Source: Histomonas meleagridis 2922-C6/04-290x (taxonomy: Eukaryota > Protista > Parabasalia). Taken from it: a DNA stretch of 64,000 nucleotides. The translations under genes and the position numbers were made by a program. Below, one piece after another: positions 21,543-33,474 of the stretch. The notes beneath the pieces are model-generated. The model saw nothing but the letters and a program-made list of their open reading frames with translations. It did no database searches and had not been told where the DNA came from. Position 1 is the stretch's first letter, and every line of letters begins with the position of its first letter. The stretch lies in NCBI GenBank assembly GCA_020184695.1, contig JAANOX010000252.1:5957-69956 (forward strand), given 5' to 3'.

Positions 21543-22553
21543 TTGAAGAAGAACAAAAAGAAAGAATTAAACTTCACAGTGCCTGGAACTATTACCGGTA
21601 ACAGATGCATCTGCTCTAGCAGCATTACTTTTATAAATAAATTGAACAAATCAGTAGATCACATGTGGTATTTTGAAAGAAAAAGCTTTATTTATATATT
21701 TATCATTTATCATACATTTTCATTGTGTTCATCAATCAAAAACATTATAATTCCAAATTCAGTTACAACAATTGGAAATTATGCATTTTCATTATGTTCT
21801 AATTTAAGCATATTAATACTTGGATATGGAATAAGAGAAATTGGAAGTTCAGCATTTGGTAATTGTTATAATCTTCAATGCATTTATTATTATGGAGATT
21901 CAGAACCAAATATTGGAGTAAATGCATTTTATAATGTTTTTACAAGTGTTATCGCATATCCAACATACATTGGAAGTAAATTTGGAAATTTAGATGTTGA
22001 TAAAGAAAACACAGAAGGAACATGCGAACCACTTTCAACACATTCATTTGGTCAATCGAATACATTTACAAGATCACTTCAAAGTGATATTTCATTTTCA
22101 TTATCATTTTCATATACATTAACAATTACATTATCAATTACACATTCATTAACTATTTATGAAACAAAAACGAAAACATATTCATTATATATAAATAATT
22201 GGACATTTTCATATATTGAAACAGAATTTATTTATTACAATTATACGATTGTTATTTATTCGACTTATTGTAATTATTATTCTAATTTCTTTACAATGTT
22301 TTACACTTCCAATGAAAATTCGCCAAATGGAATTACGACGAATGCTTTGATTGGTATTATTTGCGGATCATTTGCATTTGTTTTGATCATTGTTGGAATT
22401 GTTATATTTTTAGTGAAAAGTAATAACAAGAAAGAAAAATCGAATTCAAAGTTACAATTTAAGGACACGACAACGTCAAGTACAAAGCAAATTGAAGAAG
22501 TAAATAGTTTAGTTGAAGATATTGTGAAAGAAGATGAAGTCAATTGGCTATGA
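21543..22553 (+). pseudogene. 5'-truncated duplicate of the neighbouring BspA-like gene
   Basis: 21715-22309 is nearly identical to ~24234-24902 (minus ~75 nt). The upstream sequence is unrelated, there is no ATG or signal peptide at the ORF start, and the TM/tail differs. Confidence 0.65.
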
Positions 22554-23291
22554 ATAAAATGTGTAATAAAAAACATTTATTAATTTAATGTATATACAAA
22601 AATTATGTGTTGTCATATAAAATAAAATGAAATCATGTTAACGAAATATCATTTTGACTTTAAAATGTTTTGAATTAGTTTATTTAAATATGAAATTTTG
22701 AATTTTATGATGTTTAAATAGTATCACTGACTTTAAATATAATAAGGTAAATATTGTTGCACAACGATCAATAATTTTGAATTCTGATTGTGTTTACATT
22801 AAATGTTCAAAAGCTTTTGAATGGAACGGGATAAACTTCACTTGAATTCATTATTCTCAAAAATAAAAAATATTTTATAAATTAAAGATACAATGTAATT
22901 GATTTTGTACATAAAGAGCTGCTTATATTTTATTTATTTTATATAAAATCATATATATGCAAACAAGAAATAGCTGAATTGCCAATGCTTTAAAAAAGTG
23001 TTAATTTTATGATGATGGAAACATCTTAGATAAATGAACGGCACACCAAATTAAAGCATAAATTCCGTTCTACAACATATATTCATTATGTTATTTAAAA
23101 GTGAATTTATAATGTTATAAAGCTGTTTCTTTGATTGTCGTTTTAAAAAGATCGATAGAAATCTTTCAAAATTGGTTTGAAAAACGACAATAAAACAACA
23201 GGTTTTTAAAAGTTTAACCGTGAGATTTTAAACTTTTGAGATAGCCGATGTATAATTGGTGAAGGTCTATAGATATATTACAAGCTGAAAT

Positions 23292-25175
23292 ATGAGAATC
23301 TTTCTTTTATTCAGCATTTTCATCATGATGAAACGATTTATAACCGATACAAAGCTTATTACACCTTATATCATTCAAAAAGAAATATTAAAAATACAAA
23401 CCCATGAAAACAAGAAAAGTATGACTTACAAATGTGATGGGGATGTATCAATTAATGAAATTGTGAACAAAAAATTTAAAAGATTTAACAATAATTATAA
23501 AGTTTTGATAAACAAATTATTTTTAAATTTGATACCATATAATGAATCTACAATAGTTGTACATCAGAATTTTAATCACAAACGAAAAATTCAAAGAACA
23601 TATTTTTCAAACATTTTGGAAAAATACTTTGAAATTGATATATTTGTCAAAAATGGTAAATTTGATAAAACATATAACAAATCTTATGAAGATGTATATC
23701 CTATAAAACGTGAATTTTCACATTTTTTTATGATGCGAAACTACAACGAAGAAGGACCAAACATTTTGAATGTTTTACATCATTTAACCATCATTTTTTC
23801 AATTACATTTCCGGTTATTTATATCAAATTTTGTCAGAAAAACACAATTTCAGTTCAGAAAATATTGACGACCAAATATACATTGAAAGTAAAAGATAAG
23901 AAAAAAATTGAAAATATTTTTGTTTCTATTTTTGTTTTCGTTATATTCTTTATGAATTCTTATCAAATATATAATGATGATAATTTAACACTTACAATCA
24001 CAAATTCAAATGATTTTATTGATGTTGATCAATATCAAAATATAACGAAATTTATAATTATCAGTGAAAATATTTATTCAATTCCAGGTAATTCATTTTC
24101 AGGATGGCCTTCAGTTGTTTCAGTTAATTTTGGTAATTCAGTCACAAATATTGGAAGTTATGTGTTTTTGTCATGTTCTAAATTAGTTACGATTATAATT
24201 GGAGAAAATGTTACAGAAATTGGTGGTGGAGCATTTTCATTGTGTTCATCAATCAAAAACATTACAATTCCAAATTCAGTCACAACAATTGGAAATTCAG
24301 CATTTTCATCATGTTCTAATTTAACTTTATTAATACTTGGCTATGGAATAAGAGAAATTGGAAGTTCAGCATTTGGTAATTGTTATAATCTTCAATGCAT
24401 TTATTATTATGGAGATTCAGAACCAAATATTGGTGAAAATGCATTTTATAATGTTTTTACAAGTGTTATCACATATGCAACATATAAAGGAAGTAAATTT
24501 GGAAGTTTAGATGTTGCCAAAGACAACACAGAAGGAACATGCGAACCACTTTCAACACATTCATTTGGTCAATCAAATACATATGCACGGTCAGATTCAA
24601 TATCATTATCAGCATTATATTCATTTAGTCAATCGAATACATTTTCTAATTCGAAAACATTTACTGCATCACTTCAAAGTGATATTTCATTTTCATTATC
24701 ATTTTCATATACATTAACAATTACATTATCAATTACACATTCATTAACTATTTATGAAACAAAAACGAAAACATATTCATTATATATAAATAATTGGACA
24801 TTTTCATATATTGAAACAGAATTTATTTATTACAATTATACGATTGTTATTTATTCGACTTATTGTAATTATTATTCCAATTTCTTTACAATGTTTTACA
24901 CTAATAATAATGATAATCAAAATAACGATAATAAAACAACGATTATCATCATTTCTGTTTGTGTAATTGTTATAGTAATAGTCATTATCATATTATTAAT
25001 TATATTATTAAAACATATTCGAAATAAAAAAGAAGAAATTTATGAAAATGATAAATCAGAAGAAAATGAAAACGAAACGACGAATACATTTACAACAGGA
25101 ATAAGTAACATAAATATTGAAGAAGATCCATTTGCTGAAGATTTTCAAGAAGAAAAATTTATAGAACAAATATAA
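23292..25175 (+). CDS. BspA-like (TpLRR) type I surface protein
   Basis: Repeats IPNSVTTIGNSAFSSCSNL and IGENVTEIGGGAFSLC, a Ser/Thr stalk, a TM helix and tail EEDPFAEDF. Confidence 0.88.
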   Translation: MRIFLLFSIFIMMKRFITDTKLITPYIIQKEILKIQTHENKKSMTYKCDGDVSINEIVNKKFKRFNNNYKVLINKLFLNLIPYNESTIVVHQNFNHKRKIQRTYFSNILEKYFEIDIFVKNGKFDKTYNKSYEDVYPIKREFSHFFMMRNYNEEGPNILNVLHHLTIIFSITFPVIYIKFCQKNTISVQKILTTKYTLKVKDKKKIENIFVSIFVFVIFFMNSYQIYNDDNLTLTITNSNDFIDVDQYQNITKFIIISENIYSIPGNSFSGWPSVVSVNFGNSVTNIGSYVFLSCSKLVTIIIGENVTEIGGGAFSLCSSIKNITIPNSVTTIGNSAFSSCSNLTLLILGYGIREIGSSAFGNCYNLQCIYYYGDSEPNIGENAFYNVFTSVITYATYKGSKFGSLDVAKDNTEGTCEPLSTHSFGQSNTYARSDSISLSALYSFSQSNTFSNSKTFTASLQSDISFSLSFSYTLTITLSITHSLTIYETKTKTYSLYINNWTFSYIETEFIYYNYTIVIYSTYCNYYSNFFTMFYTNNNDNQNNDNKTTIIIISVCVIVIVIVIIILLIILLKHIRNKKEEIYENDKSEENENETTNTFTTGISNINIEEDPFAEDFQEEKFIEQI

Positions 25176-25879
25176 TTTTCAATATTAGATATTTGTAAAT
25201 TTTGTAATGATAATTATAAATATTATATGAATCTTATGAAATAAAATATTTCGATGATACATAACATTAATGGATTACATCGTCTTAAAAAAATAACTTT
25301 AAAACTTTTATAATGATATTAAATGGATATGATCAAATATCTTTAATACATTCAATACGATGAATAATGAGGTATAAATATCAAAGCACATATGGCTTAT
25401 TTACATCACAGACTATAACTTTCACACTTACACTTAATTAACATGAAACTAATTATTAAACAATAAAAAAATTAAGTGCCAATGGTAAAATAACATATTC
25501 AAATTTAAAAAGTAAAGCGAAAGTAATAAATCAAGATGCAAATCAATTCATAAATGAAGAAGAAAATTAATGAGTTCAATATAAACAAAAAATTAATACT
25601 ACAAAATAAAAATGAAAATAAATTTAAAAATGTTTATTTATTGTAAAACTATTTTAGAAATGAGTGTTAAGAAGCATAAAACCTAAACATTGTAATTTGA
25701 ATTTTTTTTTACAAAGACGTTAAATTACTTCACATGTTTTATTTATAGACATGTGACATGAAACATTTTCAAAAAAAAAAAAAATCAAATTAAATATTTG
25801 TATAAACAATAAGATGAAAATATTTAATCTAGGAGGTTTAAACTAATGTTAAAGACCAGGCGTATCATGAATTAGTGAT

Positions 25880-26300
25880 AAAGCCAATTCTACACCAAAT
25901 TATGAAGATAATGACACAGCAGTTTCACATGTAATGCTTCCCAAATATGAAACACATAAAGCAGATTCAGTTCCGATTGAATTAGATCAATATGAAAAAG
26001 AAATGTTAGGTGAAGCGTGAGCACGTCTGACCAAGGTAAGAAAGCGAACGTCAATTAGAAGTATTACGTAATATTACAACATTAAAGAAGAAATGTGAAC
26101 AAGCAGAGCAAGCATTATTATTGAAGAGAAAAATGAATTTTGAAATTGATGTTATTAGCACGCGCAAAGCGAAGAATTCAAAATTTTTTAATGATTTCAA
26201 TTCTTATTTTTATTTAGCTCCAAGATGCATTGAAAAGCATTAGTAGATGAAGAACTTCTTATGTTATGTTTATTGAAAAAATGATAAACTTAAAAACATG
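25880..26300 (+). pseudogene. Fragment resembling the CDC5/Cef1 spliceosomal Myb protein
   Basis: 25960-26030 translates to ADSVPIELDQYEKEMLGEA*ARL, like the CDC5 motif PDPIDMDEDEKEMLSEARARL. Stops interrupt it. Confidence 0.55.
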
Positions 26301-26400
26301 AAATAGCCTCATTTCCAATGTCTATAAAAAAACAATAAATTTTATGATGATAAAAACATCTTAGATACATATCTTTAAATTCGATCAAGAAATTTTTCAC

Positions 26401-28833
26401 TTAAAAAAGTTTACTCTTAAAAAGTTGCATCGAGCCGCTTTCGAAAACGTTTGCCAAAAACCGCGGGTCCTTTTCCACTTTTTGAGTGTATTCGTTAGCG
26501 GCTTTTTGATCCCTCAAATTCCTTGCGAACTCCATAGCCTTATCCTGGCCCCATTTCACCGAACAAATTGCAATAAAGTATTGGTAACATGACTTAAACT
26601 TTTCGTCACTAAGAGCTACGAAGTCATCCCATCTATCATTAGATGCAAATGTTTGAGCTATCATTACATAGAATCTTTCTTTCTTCATTTTCGTTTTATC
26701 CACCAACGCTTCGGCCTTTTGGAAGTCTTTTTTCAGTATTAAATTCCTTAGGTGACTATTTAATGAAATTTTCAAATCTTCTGGACGTTGTTCATTCAGT
26801 TTTAATATGAAATTCTTTTGATAACTTGCGATGTTCTTTTGATTTTCGATCCATTTTGTATCCTTAAATTGGTATGATATGTCATCTAAATTACCAATGA
26901 ATTCATTGATCGAGCCCAATGATGGGTTCTTACATAGCTTCTTCTTTATAAGCCCACAAACAACAGTTTCGACTGATTGTGATGACAATGGGGTCGATAC
27001 TAAAATTTCAGATATTTTTGTATCGCGACGATTTCCAACCAATTTCGCAATTGTCGAAAACGAAACGAAGTCTGATGCTATAGCCGAGCCAATTAAGTTG
27101 TCATCTTGGTTATTCTTAATCGCTTGATTAATCACATCGATGAACAACGAAGAATCAGACGAGAGAACTGCGGCGTTGATTGCGTTCTGCCATTGGCCGG
27201 ACGAAATCAAGAACGGAACTATACGCGCGTGGTTCTTTTCGAGTTTGCTAATTCTCAATGACAATTCTTTGCGCCCTTCAAGCCGTAAGCCAATGGCTAT
27301 GGACGTAAAATCGAATGACGCGTCCATTTTCTTTTGGATTATGTTAAACGCTTCGTCATCATCAAATTTGTTGGCGACCGCACATGCCCATTGTGTAAGG
27401 ATTGGTTGCTTATCGAGGCCTAAGTAATCAGCAATGTTGACTGCCAATGTAAATCGATTACGACCACAAATGCGCATTAGTAAATCATTTTGACTTACAT
27501 GTTGTGTTATGTCTAAGGGTGTTATAAATGTGTTAAGCTCTTCTTTAAAGGAATTACAAATTCGTAATGTTTTGGATATGTTTGGGAATTTTGAAGTATC
27601 GATTTCATGTAAAAATGATCGACCGAATATAGCAGATAACATTAACATTGTTTGATGTTGAACTTCGTCTACTTCTAATGCTGCATTAATGCATTCTTCG
27701 ACTGCGCCTTCAAGTAAATTTTCATCTTTAAGTTTCATCACAAGAGCGGTCGACCGTTTATCAAACGCATCAATTAACCGCGACGATGGAGTGTCAACCG
27801 TCGGAACCGCCGTGTCATGGAGCTGTGAACTAACAATGTTCAGTTTGAACAAGGATTCGTTAGATAGAACCAACATATATTCCTCGGATGGAAGTAAAAC
27901 TGGAGTGCCAGTATAATTTCCTTTCTCTAGCTCAATAAAATCACCAGTGGCTGTAACCATTCCAACACGATTATCATATGAAATAACAGGAACATGTTTG
28001 CCGAGCCAAGCAATTTGATTAAATTCTCCAATAACTACACATGTTCGAAGAATAACATTCTCAAATGAAGATGGAGCAATAATTAATGTGCCTTCTTCAG
28101 TAAGAATGGAGACAAGCGAATAGTCGGAACTAAAAGCAAATGATTTAACCTTTTCATTAACTTCAATTGGAGAACATACTGTAGATGTGATTGCAAGAAT
28201 GTATGTTGATTCAAAAAAATTTAAAAGAACAATTGGTAAACCATCACTTGTGTACTCTGCTGGAATGACTTTAAAGACATTAACCCCATCTTCTTCTGTA
28301 AAGGAATTTAATAATGTTGGATTATCATAAAATGGTGCATAATATAATTCTTTTTGGTCTGTGAGAAAAACAAGCCCGTTCTCCCAGATGTCGGCTTTTA
28401 GAATTATACTTGATGTTAATGGGTATTGATTTATTAATCTTCCGCCGAAAAATTTCAAGAGCACTCCGCGATTTGTTAATACTATAAGATGATCGCTTTG
28501 TGACATATAAAAGAAGATATCATCGCATTTGGAAGCAATTATATACGTATATATTTCATTCATTTTATAGTCATGGACTGTTACTCGTTTTCTGTTGGAT
28601 TCCCTTACAAAGTCTGGTCTGTGGTATGCAATTAAATTCCCATTTACTCCTCCTGATATTATTTCGAAGGATGGTGTTAATTCGTTGTAGTTTTGTCGTT
28701 CCCATACATTTTTCCATGAATATTCTAATTCTGATGTTGAATCCCAACTTTCACGTATTTTAGAAAATGATTCAAGTGTTGGTGGGTTTTCCCCTATGAG
28801 CTCCTGCATTTTAATAAAACCGAAAAGTGTCAT
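26401..28833 (-). CDS. VPS16: HOPS/CORVET subunit Vps16
   Basis: 810 aa; N-terminal propeller plus LLMRICGRNRFTLAVNIADYLGL...ILTQWAC and AINAAVLSSDSSL. Confidence 0.85.
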   Translation of the reverse strand: MTLFGFIKMQELIGENPPTLESFSKIRESWDSTSELEYSWKNVWERQNYNELTPSFEIISGGVNGNLIAYHRPDFVRESNRKRVTVHDYKMNEIYTYIIASKCDDIFFYMSQSDHLIVLTNRGVLLKFFGGRLINQYPLTSSIILKADIWENGLVFLTDQKELYYAPFYDNPTLLNSFTEEDGVNVFKVIPAEYTSDGLPIVLLNFFESTYILAITSTVCSPIEVNEKVKSFAFSSDYSLVSILTEEGTLIIAPSSFENVILRTCVVIGEFNQIAWLGKHVPVISYDNRVGMVTATGDFIELEKGNYTGTPVLLPSEEYMLVLSNESLFKLNIVSSQLHDTAVPTVDTPSSRLIDAFDKRSTALVMKLKDENLLEGAVEECINAALEVDEVQHQTMLMLSAIFGRSFLHEIDTSKFPNISKTLRICNSFKEELNTFITPLDITQHVSQNDLLMRICGRNRFTLAVNIADYLGLDKQPILTQWACAVANKFDDDEAFNIIQKKMDASFDFTSIAIGLRLEGRKELSLRISKLEKNHARIVPFLISSGQWQNAINAAVLSSDSSLFIDVINQAIKNNQDDNLIGSAIASDFVSFSTIAKLVGNRRDTKISEILVSTPLSSQSVETVVCGLIKKKLCKNPSLGSINEFIGNLDDISYQFKDTKWIENQKNIASYQKNFILKLNEQRPEDLKISLNSHLRNLILKKDFQKAEALVDKTKMKKERFYVMIAQTFASNDRWDDFVALSDEKFKSCYQYFIAICSVKWGQDKAMEFARNLRDQKAANEYTQKVEKDPRFLANVFESGSMQLFKSKLF

Positions 28834-29285
28834 TCATATGTCATTCAAATTTTAGAAATGTAAAATGATATCATTTTCTTATTAAGTAAATTGATATTGC
28901 ATGTGTAAGCAAAAGGCTAACGTTAGTGAGCTCAGGCGTTCGTGCTCAGCCCTTCAGTACGTAGCCAGTAATTCTTAGAAGCACTTTATGAAGGTTATTT
29001 AGGTATCGCGATACCTAAGTTTCACAAAAATAATTTATTTTCTCATGGGTGTCTCTTTAATCTTATAGGTTACAATAAAATTTATCTAATATTAGATCAT
29101 ATCTAAATCATTTTTAAAACTAAAACCTGTTCTTTTTGTGTTTTGTAAAACCAAAAAAGATGAATTCCTCCAAATATACCATCACCAGTACATACATTAA
29201 TGCATGGCTTATTGAAACACCCATAATCTTTATCTATTTTAATTTTTTAATAAATTCATAGTCATTAATATTTTAATTAAAAAAA

Positions 29286-29624
29286 CTACTTTTTCTTCAA
29301 TACAAGCCTTAGCTTCACATTATACCTTGTTGTGTCGATATTTGAAAAACGCAAATAACGTTGGATTTCGCGATCTGTTAAATCCAAGTTGATAATTTTT
29401 GCATGTTCATTAGGTTTTCTGCCACGGTCTCTGCGGTTACGTCTTTTATAGTGATCATCTTTTTCACCTTTTTGTTGTCTTATCCTTTTTTCTTCTTCTC
29501 TTGTCTCTCTAATTATTTCATCTAAATCCTGATCAAGTCGTGACACTGCTCTTTCCTTTTTTTCCTCTGGTGTTAGTTCCTTTGGTGGCTGTTCTGGAGT
29601 AAAAGTATAACCCTCGAAAGACAT
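29286..29624 (-). CDS. Small charged hypothetical protein
   Basis: ATG at 29624 (MSFEGYTF), with an upstream TCATT Inr-like motif. Confidence 0.55.
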   Translation of the reverse strand: MSFEGYTFTPEQPPKELTPEEKKERAVSRLDQDLDEIIRETREEEKRIRQQKGEKDDHYKRRNRRDRGRKPNEHAKIINLDLTDREIQRYLRFSNIDTTRYNVKLRLVLKKK

Positions 29625-29947
29625 ATTATTTCTTTTGGAAATTAACGATCCAAATGGTTTCGCCGCCAAAAATGAATATTTTACATTTTACATTTATCCG
29701 ACGTTTTTTTAACGTTCGCAAGATTTTGTAAAATTTCTGACATTAATAAATTTGCTGCTTGGTTCCAATTTATGTTATTTTAATAATTGCTGATATCATT
29801 ACACCATCATAAGTAAAAAATCTTACAGCATTCTCTATTCATCGTCTATGTGATCGATCACCATGAACGAATTACTAAACTCTATTTTATAAAAATTTAT
29901 TGCGTTAATTGTGATTTCGCGATTTTTATGTTTTATCTATTAAACAC

Positions 29948-31354
29948 TTAATTTTCAAGCGCCGCGGCAATAATTGAATGTAAGTACTGTAGCTTGGACA
30001 ACATTTCTGGTATTATTGTGTTAGCGAACACAATATCGCAACTTGCCTTACATTCGGGGCACACCAACACATCTGTTGCGTGTTTCCCGTGTTTCCTACA
30101 CACCGAATGACCGCAAGGAACAAAAGTCATTGGTTGCCTCACACATTTTAAGCATTCGAAACAAGTATACGACGATTCCGATGCTTTCACAGCGGAATCG
30201 ATTGTTATCAACGCAGTTCTTAACGCAGCCAATCTTTTATCGATGTTTTTTCTTCTTGTTTGCTCATCCACGCATTCCAATTCCTTTATTTCTAATGTTA
30301 ACTTTGCCGCTTGTTCACGTGACTCTTCTTCTAACTTTGTCAAGTTTTCGATTTCTTTTTCAAGTTCCGAATTTTCTTCCTTCAGCGAGTTGACGATGTT
30401 TAGATGCGACTGCGGAATCAGCGCAAACTCATCAATCTTGTTTCGCGTGTCTTCAATCTCGGAGTTCGTCTTGTCGAGTTCGTCACGCGCTTCTTCGAAA
30501 CGTTTCCGAAGAAGTTTATGTTTTCCAATATGGCGCTCAAGTTGACTTTGAAGAAGCTTCGACTTTAATTCGCCTTTTTGAAGAGTTTCGCGAATATCGT
30601 TTAGATGCTGGATCGTAAGTCGTGCTTGCTCACGCCAATGTTGAAGTTGGCCATCGAAAACAAACTTTTCGGAGTCATAACGTTGAACAGCTGCGTTATA
30701 TTGTTGCTCAACATTAGATGCAGTCCGACGTAAATCATTAAGATGTTGGCCGCGAAGATGTTGTTCTTTTTTGAAGCTCTCATTTATGGAAGTAAACTTT
30801 TTACTTAAGTCAGATGAGGATGTTTCAAGATTTTGAATCATTTCTTCGCGAAGAACAAGATTCCGTTTGAGATGCTTGCGAAGAGTTCCTTTGAACTTGG
30901 TGGTGTCGTTGAGTTTGTATATGGATTGATGCTGCTCTTGAAGGGCTTCTTTTAATGAATCATTTTGATTGATGATTTTGCGTAGTTCCATTTCTTCGTC
31001 TTGATCTTTATGAGTGAGTTTGTCAAATTCCTTGTTGAGATTGGAATATTTGGATTTGAGCTCATCGAGAGGAGCAACTCGAGAGCGAATTTCTGATAAA
31101 ATTGCAGTGGCTTGGGTAAGTTCTGTAGTAAGTTGTTGTTCATAAGTTGAATCGCCATTGCATAGAGACTGAACATTTTTAATGTTTCTAGTTACAGCTT
31201 GGATATTTTTGTCGAGTTGCTGTGAAATTTCTTGATTTTCTAAATAATGTTGCTTCAATGTTTGCACCATATGCTGTTCATCTTGTGCTAATATATTAGA
31301 TTCAAGAATTTTATTTAAAACAATTACATCCTTCTTTTTTTTGTCCATCCCCAA
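29948..31354 (-). CDS. Coiled-coil protein with C-terminal RING finger
   Basis: Heptad-rich body; CFECLKC...PCGHSVC...CPEC. Confidence 0.85.
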   Translation of the reverse strand: MGMDKKKKDVIVLNKILESNILAQDEQHMVQTLKQHYLENQEISQQLDKNIQAVTRNIKNVQSLCNGDSTYEQQLTTELTQATAILSEIRSRVAPLDELKSKYSNLNKEFDKLTHKDQDEEMELRKIINQNDSLKEALQEQHQSIYKLNDTTKFKGTLRKHLKRNLVLREEMIQNLETSSSDLSKKFTSINESFKKEQHLRGQHLNDLRRTASNVEQQYNAAVQRYDSEKFVFDGQLQHWREQARLTIQHLNDIRETLQKGELKSKLLQSQLERHIGKHKLLRKRFEEARDELDKTNSEIEDTRNKIDEFALIPQSHLNIVNSLKEENSELEKEIENLTKLEEESREQAAKLTLEIKELECVDEQTRRKNIDKRLAALRTALITIDSAVKASESSYTCFECLKCVRQPMTFVPCGHSVCRKHGKHATDVLVCPECKASCDIVFANTIIPEMLSKLQYLHSIIAAALEN

Positions 31355-31759
31355 AAATTTGAATAACTTTGTTTGACATCCGTGGTACTTGACACTTTTA
31401 TATTTCAGTAATCATCATGTAAACTCTAAGGGCCATCCTGGATGTTTTATAAAATGATATATTGTTTAACTTTCAATATAACTTCTGAATAAAGATAAAG
31501 TAACACCAATAAATTAATTTATACACAAATGGGAAATTTTCATGAAAAATGTTCCAACATTTCATGAGAACAATTCGTATCATTTGAAAATTATACACAT
31601 ATATATAGTAAAAAGTTTCCAACATTTTGTGTAATGATTAATTACTTCAGCTAAATTTGGAAGAAAACAAAATTATTAAAAGTTATAGAAATTAAATTAA
31701 AATGAAAGTTTAGTGTTTGAATCATTTTGTCTGAGAACTCAACTCTTCCATTATCTCAT

Positions 31760-32275
31760 CAAAGCTTTTTTGTTTCTGAAGTAAATATCCATGGGAAGTA
31801 GGTGAATTCATCCCATATGCATTGACGGTATTTTTCGCCTCCGAATTCAAAACATTTTTTTTGAAGGATTAATTCTATATATCCCAAAAGATTTATCCTC
31901 CACAAATTCTTCTTTGATATCAACTCCAGTTGGGACTACCCATGGGTTATCAGTTGAGACGGTGCTTGAGTCAGCACCTCCTTTTATTGTTTCTATTTTA
32001 GGGATTGATTCGTGCACCAAAAGATTTTTTGTTTTGAATAAAGATTGTTTTTCATTATTAAAAGTTGGTATTAATCTTGATTCCCTAGTTATGGGCTTCC
32101 TTGTTCCTGCAGAAAATAATGGTTTAATGGTATCATCGGAATTAAAATCAATATTTTTTTTAATTGAATTAATATTTTTTTTATTTCCAAAACGTTGTGG
32201 CTTAACATTAATCCATGTACCTTCGGGGTTCCTATGAGTAGATCCCTTCGTAATCAATATAAGGAGAAAAAGCAT
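31760..32275 (-). CDS. Secreted hypothetical protein; probable A-run frameshift near 31855
   Basis: Signal-like MLFLLILIT. Removing one A from the A8 run continues the frame as CFEFGGEKYRQCIWDEFTYFPWIF. Confidence 0.5.
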
Positions 32276-32921
32276 TTACAAATGTCCTAAATCAAACTCT
32301 TTTTTTTTAACAGAAATTTTCTTAAGAAAATTTGAATGATATTACCTGCTCGAATTGAATTGTTTAGAAAAACATAATGACGCAGAGTTATTAGGCTCAT
32401 TATTTTTTTAATGAATAGATTCAATATATAAAAAAAATATCTGATACATCTTTTGATTGAAAAGTATATATGGAGTGTTTATCTATATTAACTCGATTTT
32501 TCGATATTTTTGATTTACTTAAAATTTGAAATTCAATCGTCATTTGGTCGATTTTCGAAAATCGAAAAAATTATCGGACATTTGAATTTTTTTTTATGCC
32601 TGCAAACTTTAATTTATTGATAAATCCCTTCGATAATTTATTATATGTTAATGTTTGACAAGATATTTCAATTTATTTGTGAGTGTCACTACCTACAATT
32701 TTAATAATTCTTTCACCACAATTTTTCCTAACTAATAAATGGAATTGATAGTTATTCTCAAAGGTTCTCTCGAGTTATTCAAATGTTTGCAATGGGAGGT
32801 TGATTAATATTATAACATTACTTAAATGAAATGAAATAACAAGACTTCTCAACATTTAAGAAAAAAACGATTCGATTAGGCTCCTTTTTATTGAACCTTT
32901 TGACCCACTCTGATGTCAGAG

Positions 32922-33474
32922 TTAGAATTCAATATCAAGATGGAATTTGAACTTGTTTCCTTCTGGGGAAACAAGTGTGATGTCTTCAGCATAACCATCA
33001 TCATTTGTAACATCAGTGATAGTGTAGTCTCCAAATGAAATCTTTTGACCATCAAGGGAGAGTTCATTTGCTTGGAATATTTTAGAAATGTAATTGATAT
33101 GCTCTTTGATTCCTTCCCAGAATTTACCCCATGAGAATTTATGGGCTAATTCTTTAATATCAGCTTGAATAACAATCTTATTAACACCATTATTAAGTGT
33201 AATTTCCTTTGGTCGTCCATCTTCACCAGCAGTAACATCGGTAACTTTGTATCCATTTATATAAATAGAACCATCTTCATCATCGGCGAACCAAGAAATA
33301 ACTTTAAGCGCAGTTGTGATAACAGAGACTGCAGTTTGGATACCTTTCCAAATACCTTCCCAAACAGATCCATTTTTTTCTTTTTTATGTTCCCTACGTT
33401 TGACTGGGATCTCAGATGGCTTAATGATAATATGGCTTCTTTATTGCGCGGAGTGCAAGTAAAAGGAGAAACAT
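32922..33474 (-). CDS. Secreted two-repeat precursor with amphipathic helices; 1-nt frameshift after the signal peptide
   Basis: ATG at 33474 (MFLLLLAL). A ~170-codon stop-free frame ends TAA at 32922. The span is 553 nt (3n+1). Not in the ORF track. Confidence 0.65.

Noticed and set aside
31760-33474. 17-nt spacers as the cause of frameshifts in non-ankyrin genes
   Set aside because: The shifts are explained by 1-nt indels, and no T-rich 17-mer restores the frame at 33425-33445.
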